Origin: Prasinococcaceae sp. CCMP 1430
Taxonomy: Eukaryota; Plantae; Prasinodermophyta
Assembly: GCA_013416795.1 (NCBI GenBank)
Contig: RQSC01000033.1
Location: 288,567-352,566 of the forward strand
Length of the DNA: 64,000 nucleotides
Direction: 5' to 3'
The stretch's first letter is position 1; each line of letters opens with the position of its first letter. The translations under genes were made by a program, and so were the position numbers. Below, one piece after another: positions 43,930-54,243 of this stretch. The notes below the pieces were generated by a model. It saw only the letters and a program-made list of their open reading frames with translations. It was not told where the DNA came from and made no database searches.

Positions 43930-45979
43930 CGGAGGGCGGCGGCGGCGCGCCTGGGCGGGGAGGGAACGTGGCTCGACGCGTTCGGGGCGTTTGAGCGGCC
44001 TGCCCGCCTGCTGCTCGAAGGTGGCGGCTACAGCTATGGCTACGGCTACGATGGCTCGTGTGCCTACGGCTACGGCGGCTCGTTCGTTCGCTACGACGGC
44101 TCGTACGAAAGCTGGTGCGACTACGGCTATGGCTACGGCTACAGCTACGGCTACGGCTACAGCTACGGCGCAGCTACGCCGCCGCCGCCGTCAAGACTCC
44201 CACCGTCACCGCCAGCAGCCATACCAGAGCCACCGCCTTTGCTCCCGCCGCCGCCTGTGGCGACGCTGCCGGTCGCGCCGCCGCCGGCCGCGCCGCCGCC
44301 GGCCGCGCCGCCGTCCGATGTGCTCGACGGCGGCGGCAGTAAAAACGCGAAGAAGAAGAAGAAGAAACAGAAAGGGGGCGACAGCGGCGACGGCAGCGAC
44401 GACGACAGCGGGGACACAAAGAAGAAAAAGAAGAAGAGCAAGGTCAAAAAGGGCGAGGGTGGTTGGGGAGGGCTGTTCCCACGTGCGCCGCCTCCAAGTC
44501 CGCCGCCGCCCGTACCACCGCCTGCACCCGCTCCGCCTGCACCGCCACCGGCCCCCCCACCCGCCCCCGTGGCACTCATCGCCATCACGCTCGAGCTGGT
44601 ACTTTCCGCGGACGTATCCGCTGCGGAGCTGGCCGCCTTGCTCAGCGACGCGGCGCTCGCCGAGCTGGCATCCGCGCTCGCCGCTGACGCCGGCGTGGAC
44701 ACGGCGATGGTGCGCATTGAGGTGATGCACCCAGTGGTCTTTGGGTTGCGCCTCGAGGGCGTCGCATTGCTGGACGCCCCGCGAGAGGCGGCACTCGCGG
44801 CCGTGCTTGCTACAGCGGCCGGCGTGGATCCGGGCGACGTGGCGCTGAAGGCTACGGTGGGTGCAGACGCGACCGCTACAGGAAGCGGCGGGGCCACGGG
44901 CTCGCGCCGTTCGCTGCTGCAAGTCTCTGGCGTCGGCGCCGCCTTGGATGTGTCCGTTCGCATCAACGGCCTCCCGAACGCGGATGTGGCAGCAGTAGCT
45001 GCTTCCACGATCACGACGAGCCTGAGTAGCGGCGCGATATTGAGCGCGCTCTCAGTGACCCCCGCCTTTGCTGCGGATGCTGCGACTCTGGCCTTGGCAG
45101 TGACGGAGCCCCCTCATGCGCTCGTGGTGCTCGCTGTGGTGGTGCTTGTAGAGCCCGACGCCGACGAGGCGGAACTGATCGGTGAGCTGCTCGTGGAAAG
45201 TGCGACGAGCGGCGCGGTCGCAGCCATGACGGAGGCACTCGGCGTTGTGGTGGAATCGGTGTCTGAACCTGTGGTGGAGGCCATCCGCCCATTAGACTTC
45301 GCGAAGGTGCGTGCGCGCATGCGCAATGCTCTTTGGCGTAGCACTCCGCTGCTTCCAGCGGCTCTCGCGTGCGTCTGGGCGCTTCCGCAGTGCTGCAGCT
45401 GTGCGCCGAAGCTAACTGCTGGCAAGCCTCCGCATTGTGATGTGTGTGCAGTGGGGCTTGGACCCCCCGCCGCCGCCGAGTCCGCCCCCGCCCAGCCCGC
45501 CGCCCCCGCCTCTCACGTCCGAATCGCCGCCCCCTCCCGCATCAAACACAAGCCCCCCGCCGCCCTCCGGCGCCAAGAGCTCCGACGGGAAGGTGGACAT
45601 GATCTACGTCATCGCCGCAAGTCTCGGTGGCGTGGCACTCGCCATTGCTGCCGCGGTCGTGGCGGCCATCTGGATGCGGAAAAAGACGCTCCGACAGAAT
45701 CACAATGCGCTGGAGGACATAGAGGAGAGCGAGGACGGCGGTGAGGACGGGGTGCGTGCGCGCGCGCGTTCTCAGAAGCCGCGTGCGTGGTGCCCGACTC
45801 GTGCTCGCAGGTGCTGACGCGTTCTCTGTCCGCAGGAGCAGGAAATTGGCTACTCCGCGGGGATGTCGTGGGACTACACACCCGCGGGTGGCGGCGCCGA
45901 TGGCTCAGCTGGCATGGTGTTCAGCAAGCAGGACTTGGGTTTCGACCCGCCCGTTTATGATTCGGGCGGTCAGAGGTAG
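43930..45979 (+). CDS. Type I membrane hydroxyproline-rich glycoprotein-like protein with Gly-Tyr repeat; 5' end unresolved
   Basis: Frame open from 43930: YG repeats, PPP tracts, poly-Lys, SEA-like segment, RRSLLQ, SPPPP. Introns 45307-45451 and 45752-45835; TM MIYVIAASLGGVALAIAAAVVAAIWM. Confidence 0.7.
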
Positions 45980-46157
45980 GCCCTGGCGAGGGTGTGCAGG
46001 AGCCCCACCCCACCCCACCCACCCGCGCGCATGTAGCATGCTGTACAACTAGCTTAATCGAACCTCAGAGTCCAACTCAAATATACATGGGGAAGGTTTT
46101 GGTATAGTACAAAGAGGAGCCAGGCGGCTGGGGCGATGATCTCAGAGCGCCCGCTTC

Positions 46158-48335
46158 TCAGGCGCCGTGTTTGGCTTGCTCTGCCAATCTGTCGTACCTC
46201 TCGAAGCCAGCATCCAGCATTGCGATGGCGTGCTGGTATGCCGCGGCGACGTTCGGGCGGTGATCGACGGGCGCGCTGCGACGCTCTTCCATGATGGCAT
46301 CGGAGAGCTCACGCATCTGCGAGGGTCGTGGGACGGGTCGCAGGCGTTAGCGTGCCGCGCTCGCTTTGCATGCGCTCGCGCTCGCGTATCGCTGCACGCT
46401 CGCGCACCTTGGCCTCGAGTTTGTCACCGCGCGACTTGGCAAGCCCCTTGGGAGCGGCGTCCGAGCCGAACACGCCCCAGAAGTGCTTCAGAACCTCTTT
46501 GACCAGCTGGATCTTCGCAGCCACGTGCGATCGGAGCTCAGGAGGGAGCTTGTCGAGCGGAGACACTCGCGCACTCTCCTCCCCGGCAATCTGCTTCGAC
46601 ACCGTCGTGAGGATCTGGAGCGCTGCCTGCGGGTCCTCGAGCGGCGGCGCGTCCGGCGCGCGGGTCGTCACGTGCTGCAGCGAATCGCGCATTTCAGCGA
46701 GGGTGTCGCCTGCGGTGGTGTGGCAGTCGCGCGCTCGTGTCAGATACGCGTTCGTGGGCCGCAAACGTGCGCGAGGGTGAGCAAGGGCGCCCCTGACCAC
46801 TCACATGCCCGCATGTGTGCACCGCGCCCGCCCGCACCGTTGAGGGCTGGCCCACCCTTCGCCGCGCGCTCCACCGCAGCAGGACGCCCAGATGCAACCT
46901 CCGAGGCGCCAACCTGATGAAGCTTGCGTTTCTTGAAAGGGTTTGCGAACTTGAGCTCGTCAACGATGGGCTCTGGCTTGTCCACAAGGTCGCTGATGAC
47001 CACGTCGGCGGCCGATTGCACGAGGGGATCGCCGCGCTCGCGCGCCTCGAGCGCGTGCTTATGTGTGGCCCCGACACTGACGCCTCTGTGAGCCGCACCG
47101 TTCTCGTCGCTTTCGATGGCGCGTGCGATGGCCGCCGTATCGGCGTTGTCCGCAAGGCCGTCAAGCGCCGCCTCGTGGCCGCGCATGACCACGTCGCCAT
47201 GGCGGTTGATCTGGGACGCCATGCCGCCCGTCGCGCCCGCCGCCGCGTCGGTGGCCTCGGCAGGCCTCGTCGCGGCGGTTAAGGCTGCAGATGGCTCCAG
47301 CAGGCCGCCCCGTGCGGTGCCAAAGGCGGCGGGTAGCTCTTCGGCCGCGTCCGCCGCCATGTTGAGCGCCGCATTGGTGTCCTCTAGGCGCTGCATCGCC
47401 CGCGTACGCTCGAGGTCTCTCTGCTCATCGCTGACGGCGAAGAGCGCCACATCCGCCTCAGGATCGGTCGGGTCGTCGGTCGGTCCCGCCGCGCGCGCAG
47501 CTTCGGCGGCAGCGGCAGCGGCGGTGCCGCCGGTGCGCGCTGCGCGTTTGGCAAAGTACTCTGCCCTGCAGAACTTCTCCCAGAAGTCCTTCTCGGACAT
47601 CTTGGCTGGCACGACAGCAACGAACGCCTTGCGTACCGCCGGCCGCTCGCGGAAGATCTGAGCTTTGACGTCCTTGGTCAGGCGGTAGCGGACGCGGCCG
47701 CCGTGCTGGCCTGTGGAGCCACCTTCGATGGTCCCGAACGCGTCGCGCGCGAGCATCGCCGAAGCGCTGCCTCGCAGCTGCCGCTCCGCCGCGCCGCCCG
47801 CTCGCGCTGCCTCGGCCTCGAGCACAGCCTGCCGGCCAGACGCCGCCCAAAAGGCCTCGTCGGAGACCAGCCCACCCTGCACGAGCTCCGTGTGCAGTCG
47901 TCGCAGATGCGCGTCGCGCAGGAGCACGGCTTTGCGCAGCGCGAGCTCGGCCTGCGTTGCGACGCGCGCCCGTGCCTTCTTGGGCTTGCCGCTGGGCTGC
48001 GGCGGCGCCTCGCCCTGCTCCGCGCGCCGGTACGCCAGGAGCGCGTTGACGGCCTCCGCCGCCGCGTCGCGGCCACCCAGGCCGTCAAATGCGAGGACAA
48101 GTCCGGCTGCGCCGCTCCCCTCGAGCGCCTCCACCTTCATCAGCGGCTTGTCGCCCTTGAGCAGGCAGCGCGAGAGGGCCGCGAGCGGCACCACGCGAGC
48201 GGCGCTTCCATCGGCGGGCGCGAACTCGACGCCCGCGCTGGCAGACAGCCGCAGCTCGCCGGGAACTGGCGGCTTTGCCTTGAGCGCAGCCCGCACGACC
48301 ATCGGCGCGGGCGCCGCCGCCGCCCCGCCGCCCAT
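46158..48335 (-). CDS. GTF2H1: TFIIH subunit p62 (PH-like plus BSD domains)
   Basis: ATG 48335; introns 46710-46837 and 46317-46407; LHTELV...SDEAFW, QIFRERPAV...EKDFWEKF, EVLKHFW. Confidence 0.82.
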
Positions 48336-48685
48336 AGCGCTGCGCCCGCGCCGCCCTACGCACGCACGCCTCCTGTCGCCTTGCCACCGCCCCCACGGGC
48401 TTGGGCGGGAGGCACCCGCCGACAGGCGCGCGCGTGCGCGCGCGCCCGGGGCGCGTGTGTCGAGGCAAGAAGCTCGTGGGGGAGGGGGTATAGAGGGAAG
48501 GGGGGAAACGGGCCGGGGGGGTGGGGTGGGTAAAGCTCCGGCCCGGCGCCCCCGCGCCGCGCCGCCCGCGTGCGCGCACTGTGGCGACCGCCGCCGCGTG
48601 CACGCGAATGCGTTTTGATGTGCCGCAAGGTCGGCTCCAACGTTGCACGAGTGCAATGCTGTGCAGGCATGGCAAGTAGGTTTTC

Positions 48686-48722
48686 TGACCCTAAAAATTG
48701 TGACCCTAAACATGACCCTAAA
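48686..48722. promoter_or_regulatory. Three exact TGACCCTAAA (telo-box-like) copies in a divergent intergenic region
   Basis: Copies at 48686-48695, 48701-48710 and 48713-48722, between the divergent GTF2H1 and SfsA-like genes. Function is inferred. Confidence 0.5.
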
Positions 48723-49036
48723 CCTATCCGCAACGGGTGCGCTCTGTCGCGCCACGTCATCGTCGCACGCAGGCGCACCCAACGCAGGCGCGGCGCGCCG
48801 GTGCCACTCGCGTGTGCGTCTACCCCCCACCCCTCCTCCGGCAGCGGTTCGAGAGTAACGATAGCGATGTCCTCCTCATGGCCGGGGCGTCGGGTGGCGC
48901 AGGTTGGTGCAATGCACGCAGGAATCGGCCAAACACAGGCGCTTGGTCAACCGCGGGGGGCTGTTCATCCGCTGCGCAGCCCGGCATCCACGGCAACACG
49001 CTCCAGTGCCATGGGTAGGCGTGCGTGGGCCGACCA

Positions 49037-50317
49037 ATGCGCACCGGCGTTGGAACAGGCAGCGGCAATTGGCACGCAAGGGTGGGCAGCCACGCCTGTT
49101 CATTGCACACGAGTTGCGCCGCTGCCGCACGGCGCGCTGCCAGCGGCGCAGCTGGCGGCGTGGCGAAGCCCGACGGCCACAGCGGGAACGCGGAGAAAGG
49201 CAAGGCCAAGGCCAAGGCCAAGGCCAAGGCGAAGGCAAAGGGTAAGGGCGAGTCGAAGGCTACCCGGGAGGCCTTGGCACCGCGTGCGCGCAAACAGCTG
49301 CTCTCGCTCGGGCCGCTCGAGGAGGGCGTGCTGGTGTGCCGCCCGAGCGCGCGCAATCGCTCGCCGTACGTGGCGGACGTGCGCCTGACCAGTGGCGAGC
49401 ACGCGGGTCGCACGGCGGTGGTGCACGCGCCAAGCCTCGACATGGGCGGAAAGTTTCTGCCAGGGACGCGCGTGCTCTGTCGGCGGCAGCCTGGCGTCAC
49501 CCCTGACACCTTGGGCAAGCACGGCACGCCTAAGTGCGAGCTCATCACGCAGTTGATGTGGTTGGACGGAGGGGACGAGGACGAGGGCAGCAAGGGCGTG
49601 TGGATCGGCGCCCACCCTGCGCTTGGAGAGAAACTCGCCGCGGCGCTGCTGGCGTCAGGCGCGTTCAACGAAAGACTACGTGCGCCTGTAGCGGAGGGAG
49701 GAATCTCGTCCCAGGTTATGCGGCCGGCAACGTTGCCGGGCGCGGCCGATGGCGAGCGCTTCCGGCCTGACTTCGAGCTACAGCACGTCGGCGGCGGCCC
49801 CACGACCATCATGGAAGTGAAGCACGTAGTAGATAGCGACTACGGCGAAGAGGCGGCCGAAAGGCGGGCGGTGCTGCAGGCGCCGCACCCTGTCTATGTC
49901 GGTGATGCAGCGCGCCGCGCGGGGATCTTTCCGTGGGGCAAGCTCATGCAGAAGGGTCCTGACGGCGAAGGCGTGGTCAGCGCACGGGCGATCAAGCACT
50001 TGCGAGAGGCCACCGCCGCGGCGCAGCGCGGCGAGTCCGCCGCTGTGGCGTTCATAGTCGGGCGCGGGGACGCTGTGGCCTTCCGGGCCAACGGTGCCGC
50101 TTGCCCCAGCTTCGCGCGGTACCTGGCGGATGCCGAGGAGGCCGGGGTCAGAGTGCTCGCGCACGGCGTCACCTGGGGTGAGGGCGACGAGGTAGGCGTC
50201 GCGTTTGACAGCGGGCCGCTGGAGGTCGCGCCGCCGCTTGAGGGCGGTGCCGTGCGAAAGGTCGCCACCCCCAAGAACACACCGTCAAAACCCAGAAAGC
50301 CCCGCGGCGAGGCGTAA
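49037..50317 (+). CDS. SfsA (sugar fermentation stimulation protein A)-family PD-(D/E)XK nuclease-fold protein
   Basis: RPSARNRSPYVADV, HAPSL, RFRPDF, EVK, GIFP, VSARAIKHLREA, YLADAEEAGVRVLA. Start codon uncertain. Confidence 0.82.
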   Translation: MRTGVGTGSGNWHARVGSHACSLHTSCAAAARRAASGAAGGVAKPDGHSGNAEKGKAKAKAKAKAKAKGKGESKATREALAPRARKQLLSLGPLEEGVLVCRPSARNRSPYVADVRLTSGEHAGRTAVVHAPSLDMGGKFLPGTRVLCRRQPGVTPDTLGKHGTPKCELITQLMWLDGGDEDEGSKGVWIGAHPALGEKLAAALLASGAFNERLRAPVAEGGISSQVMRPATLPGAADGERFRPDFELQHVGGGPTTIMEVKHVVDSDYGEEAAERRAVLQAPHPVYVGDAARRAGIFPWGKLMQKGPDGEGVVSARAIKHLREATAAAQRGESAAVAFIVGRGDAVAFRANGAACPSFARYLADAEEAGVRVLAHGVTWGEGDEVGVAFDSGPLEVAPPLEGGAVRKVATPKNTPSKPRKPRGEA

Positions 50318-50372
50318 GCGGCGCGGCGATCTCCTTTCACAACATGCTCACTCCGAGCACGCTGTAAGTTAA

Positions 50373-53300
50373 TTACGAGCCCCTCGCCGTCGTGGTCACG
50401 GGCGCCTGCCGTCGCTGAAGCTTTGCGATGAGCCTGTCCTTGGCATCGATCGCCACCTTCAGGTCGTGCGCGCGTCGTCGCTGCGCTTCCATTCCCGCGC
50501 GGTAGCGCTGGGCGTCCGCGTTTGCCTTGACAAGCGCGGCGTCTGCTCGCTGCTCCTCGTCCACCAGCAGGTCCACCTCGCCCTCGAGCGAAGGCTGCCT
50601 CGCGTCTGACCCCGACGCGTCTGAGCGCGAAGCGACAGCTGACCCGGGCCGCGAGGGACGCCCTGCCGGGCGACTTGCGGAGGCGTGAATGTGCGCCGAA
50701 TGCGGCCGCGAAGAGAAGCGCGTTTGCGTCGACCCTGGCGCCCTGCCGACCACAGGCACGGCTGCTACCGCTGCCTCGAGCATGCTACCGAGCTCGCGCG
50801 TCTTCACATCCATATCCGCAGCTTTGCCCGAACGCACCGCCTTGGCTGCCACGCGCAATACACCACTGATGCCAGGACCGCCACTCGCGGACGTTGGCAT
50901 GACCCCCACAGCCTCGAGCGCGTCGCAGCCTTCAGCCAGAGCCCCAAGTAGCCGCGCGGACGCCGCCACAACCTCTGTAGCATCCGCCGCCTGCCTGCGC
51001 GCCCCTTTGGCCTCGCGCCTCGCGGAAGCCGTAGCGCCCTCTGCGAGCTCAGCAGCCCCCTCCGCCTCGAGCCTTGCTTTCTGCGCCTCTACAAGCGCGC
51101 GTTCCTTCTCGTCGACGAAGTACTGCGCCTGAGCCTTCGCATTGGCGAGTGAGGTGCGCTTGGCTTCCTCGGCGGCACGGAGCTTTGCACTCCACTCCTC
51201 GGCCGTAGCCTGCGCGGCGGCCGCTGCAGCTGCCGCGGTCTCGCCGTTGGCCGCCAGCGCCGAGCTGACAGCATCGGGCACGCTGCGAAGCACTGAGCTC
51301 ACCTGTGTCGTCAGCTCTGTCACTCTTTGACGTAGCCCCTTCGCTTCGGCCTCGGCGGTCGACTGCGCGCTAGCGGCCGCCTCGCGCGCTTTCGCGAGCT
51401 CTTCGGCCGCCTCCTCGCGCTCCGCTGCTAACGCCGCAGCCCCTGCGCGCGCTTCCTCCTCATGCTGCCGCTCGGCCTCGGTGCACTTTTCCAGCGCCTC
51501 TCGCAACGCGTCGCGCAGCGCTTGCTCCTCGGCCGTCGACATGCCGCGTGCGCTGCCGCCAACATCACTCCGGACGCCTCCGCCCGCTCGCTTCTCCGGC
51601 GCGAGCCTGCGCGCGGCACTGAGTAGTGGGTGTGCACCCGTGTGCGTGTGATCATCGCTGGTGTTTGTGGCCGCGGCAGCAGCGACCGTCTCCAGCAGCC
51701 TCGTCTCCATTCTTCTTGACGGGGGCGGCTGCTTCGCCGCCGAGGGCAGGTAGGCAGCGGGCACCGCCTCGAGTATCCTTTCGTAATGCGCGTGCAGGGC
51801 GTCGATGTCCTGGCCCGCCGCGACGAGCGCCGATGTGAGCTGCTCAACCTCCATCTGCAGCTCAGATATGGCCGCCACTTGCCCCTTGGCGTTCGAGCTG
51901 GCGTCCTCCTCGTCGAGCGACACGTAATTAATGACCGGGGCGTTTTGCACGCCCATGCAACGACTTGCGAACTGCAGCGTATTGAGCGACTCCTCGTGGT
52001 TGTCGTCCGAGGGGTTGAGGGCCGCGAGCAGAACCGTGATGGAGTTGCGACCAAGCGCGTTCTTGAGGATGCGCGTCAATTTGCTGTCGCGGTATGGAAT
52101 GTGATCTTCGATGTGCCTGGCTTGCGCCGCCTGCTCCGTGCCACGGATGCTCGCAGCTGCGCGCGCCTCAGTGAGCTTGAGGACCACCTTGCCAAGGTGC
52201 GTCAGACTGGTGTTGATGTATTGCGCCTCCAGGCGACGCTGACCCGCGCTCTCGGATTTCTTCAGGCGCTCCGAGCCGGCCAGGTCCACCAAATTGAGCT
52301 GGCCACTGGTGGCCTCGCGACTGCTGCCGCTAGAGCGCTGCTGCACAACGGTAAGCCTGAAAACTGTGTGCGAGCGCGACGAGACGTCGTTGATGGTGGT
52401 GGAATGCGTCTGCCTCAGCGCGAGCCCCGCGTTTATCATCGCCATGACTTCCTTGGCAGAATCCACCTCGATGACCGTCAGATCACGCACGACAACGTTT
52501 CCGGAGCTGTCTTCCAGTAGTGGCAGGTCCTGGGAGGCATAGTGACTGTCTCCGTTGGCAATTGACAGTCGCGGGTCCCTCGCGCTGGACGGGCGCGTGT
52601 GCGTCACTTCATAGGCGCGCGCGGTGGGCTTAGCGCTTGATGGGCGGTGGGCGAAGGCAGACCGCGCCTGACTGCCGCGTAGTGGTCTACTGCCATCGGT
52701 ACCGACCAAGTCCCCCGCCGCCATCTTCATGCTGCGGTATGCGCGGCCGAGGTCGCGAGTGCGGTCCAGGTAGATCTCTAGAAACGACGCGAGAAGCGTG
52801 ATGCGAACGCCCTCGGCGCGGCGCTGCTCGGCCGCGGCGAAGACCTCCTCGACGACGCGTGGGGTGAGCCCACGCCTCTCCCAGTCCCCGCTCTCGTGGC
52901 CGAACCTGCGCGAATGCGCGCAGTAGTCGGTGTGGATGTGCGGATCACGCGGGTCAGTCAGCGGCGTGGGGATGATGCCATCGCATACTGGGCATACCAA
53001 ATCGCGTACATGCGCAAACGCCAAGACGCTGCAGTGCCACACACACGCATGGCGCGACGTACATGCTGTACGTCTTGCCGCTGCCCGTCTGGCCGTATGC
53101 GAAAACGCACGAGTTATAGCCAGCCATCGTGTGGTCGACCATCGGCCGGCAAATAGTCTCGTGCGCCTCCTCCTGCGCAGCTGCAGCGTCTGCACCGCCG
53201 CCGCTGCCCCCGAGCACGCCATCAAAAACGAACTCCGACGTGCGTCCGCGCGCCTCGATGCCAAAGCCGCCGCTCGGGTCTTCGAGCCTGAGATAGCGCC

Positions 53301-53454
53301 CCTCGGCGTGGCAGCAGCCGACGTCAGCGCCCGCGCCCGCTCCTGCCGCATCGTCATCGGCGGGCACGGTAGCAGCAGCCTGCGGCCGCAGACGCACGAA
53401 AACCTTGAGCCGACCCTTGCCGCCCTCATCTATCGTGTCGTTGTGGTCGTCCAT
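50373..53454 (-). CDS. Kinesin-like motor with C-terminal coiled coil
   Basis: Intron 52906-53062; KVFVRLRP, AYGQTGSGKT, SFLEIY, SSRSH, LVDLAGSE, HIPYRDSKLTRIL. Subfamily not determined. Confidence 0.95.
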
Positions 53455-54243
53455 GGCGGCCGGCGCCGCGGGGCGCTCGTCCCACGCCGAATCGGCGCCC
53501 GGCCGGCGCCCAATCGGCGCCCGGCCGGCGCCCGAGAACCAGTCGATGGTGCAGCAATTCACCAGGCTCGGGAACATGCGCAGGCGCCGCGCTCTTGAAT
53601 GCGAGCCCCACGCACTCAGCGTCTACCGCCCACGCTGTGCCGCAAGGTTCCCCCCTCCTCCCCCCGCCCCGCCCCTGCCCCGCCCCACCTCCACACCCTC
53701 CCACCACCAGCGCCGCTGTTGACTGCACGCGCGCCCTCGCCTGCGGCGATGCTCGGGGAACCAAACGGGAAACGCAGCCTGGGTGAGCAACACATTATGG
53801 GTTTCGACATAGGGTTTATTTATTCCGTGTTGGATACGATTTGACGTGTTTTATTGGCGTCGCGGTTTGGTTTTTTTCATGACCTCGTTCCGCCTTCCGT
53901 GGGCCCGCATTTTCTTCCCCGCGCGTTTTTTTTTTTTCCCACGCGAGCCGTTGGCACGAACGTCGAGGGCGAAAAGCGCCGAACAAGCCCCGTCGTGTTC
54001 GTGAGTGTGTCGTCGCTCTCCGCCGGCCGTGACTCGAGGTGCAATCCCTGAAGATGAGTGTGTTTTGAATTTAAACGTATTGTTTTTGAGTGTTTCATAC
54101 ATTCTTATTTTTGGGTTGCGTGGTGGCGTTGGGAGGCGTGCAATATCATGGGCCGCGCTGCGCGGCGCGTTCGAACGTGGTTGGCGCGGCGGCCGGGCAC
54201 AGCGCGCGCGCGCGCGCGCGCGCGCTGTGCTGCGGGGGCGGCG

